Part shown: positions 49,444-50,397 of the stretch, piece after piece
Layout of the letters: the number at the start of each line of letters is the position of its first letter
Numbering within the stretch: the first letter of the stretch is position 1
Source: Callorhinchus milii
Taxonomy: Eukaryota
Length of the DNA: 50,397 bases
NCBI RefSeq assembly: GCF_018977255.1
Contig: NW_024705379.1
Span: 1-50,397 of the forward strand
Direction of reading: 5' to 3'
The notes under the pieces: generated by a model
The model's database searches: none
What the model was told of the DNA's origin: nothing
What the model saw: only the letters and a program-made list of their open reading frames with translations
Made by a program: the position numbers and the translations under genes

Positions 49444-49979
49444 GTGAGTGCCCAGTGCTGAGTGAGCTGTGAGGACCTTTCCAGGCATTCCAACATGGAT
49501 ATATTACGGTCAGTTCCTGAAAAAGAAAATTATTTTTGTTTTTTATTCATTATTATTCATTAGTTTTTATATTTATGTTCATTATTAATTTTGTATTGTG
49601 AAAGGGATATAGGTGTATATTTTTAGGTTAGCAGTAGAGTTGCAATGACTGTCTGAAAGACATCCCTATTTTTTAAATTAAATTTATGTGAAAAGCCATT
49701 TGAATGAATGTGTCGTTTACACGTGTATTTTTTTTTAAGAACGAATCGAGGGATACCTGTATATGTTTTACATGTGATGTCAGAATAATGTGATGTGATT
49801 CATACGATGAATTCATGGCTACTTGTACAGGATGCCATGTCTACATAGAGGTTTAGATCATTGGGCTATCTGTGTTCACAGGGCTGTGAAAACACACAGG
49901 CCATGCATGAACAGGTCCGTGTGTGGAGGTCATGTTCAGGGCTTTTGTGCTCATGTTCAGGGTTTGTGCTCAGGCCATG

Positions 49980-50251
49980 TATGAATGGCGCCACAGTGGC
50001 GAGATGTTAACTACCTCGCCTGGTATACAGGCGGTTGTGGGTTTGAGTCCGACCTGACGCCTGTATATTTGGAGTTTGCATGTTCTCCCCGTGGTCGCGT
50101 GGATTTTTCTCCGGGTCTTCCGGTTTTGCCCTCCACATTTATAAACATGTGTTTAGAGTATTTGGCTGCTATAAATTTCCATGATAAGCCACTTTAATGT
50201 CCTATCATTTGTGGCCAGGTCGCTTCTACCTGGTAAAATAAAACAAAAAAA
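49980..50251 (+). mobile_element. V-SINE copy with ~30-nt deletion near the 3' end
   Basis: GGAGTTTGCATGTTCTCCCCGTGGTCGCGTGGATTTTTCTCCGGGTCTTCCGGTTTTGCCCTCCAC. Aligns with 46141-46443 except for the missing GAAAAATAACTATATAGATCAGTGGGCCTT. Confidence 0.9.
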
Positions 50252-50397
50252 CTGTTTTTTAATAAAATGCAGGCCCGTGCACCGAACACGCTATATGTTC
50301 ACACATGCTGTGCGTAGAGGCAAGAGTGCAGGCATGGGTTGTGTTGAGGAGGCTCAGCCAGGTGACCCTGCGTTAGTGTTCCTGCACAAAAACCTGC

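Overview
The window has three parts. (1) 1-12963 is AT-rich, repeat-rich animal genomic DNA; the SINE domains suggest an aquatic chordate, possibly a cyclostome (inference only). It carries a spliced minus-strand astacin-family (M12A) zinc metalloprotease gene with exons at 8462-8533, 7278-7395, 5798-5972, 3648-3735 and 1916-2069. This gene has a 1-nt frameshift, lacks three of the four conserved cysteines, and is preceded by an extra degenerate HELMH exon at 9668-9801. Also present are V-SINE and Deu/Nin-type SINE copies, RTE-LINE fragments, a hAT MITE with an intact 8-bp TSD, and a Penelope-like element with a GIY-YIG remnant and two hammerhead ribozyme motifs. (2) After a 30-N gap (12964-12993), about 31 kb (12994 to ~44210) looks statistically random: near-even base composition, no visible CpG depletion, and no repeats, exons or recognisable proteins. 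I read it as probable synthetic, shuffled or artefactual filler and annotate no genes in it. (3) ~44210-50397 returns to the same genome type (shared SINE families), with two phase-compatible exons of an unidentified minus-strand gene and a probable solo LTR in its intron. No prokaryotic system, CRISPR array or rRNA/tRNA gene is supported. All calls come from reading and translating the sequence by eye.
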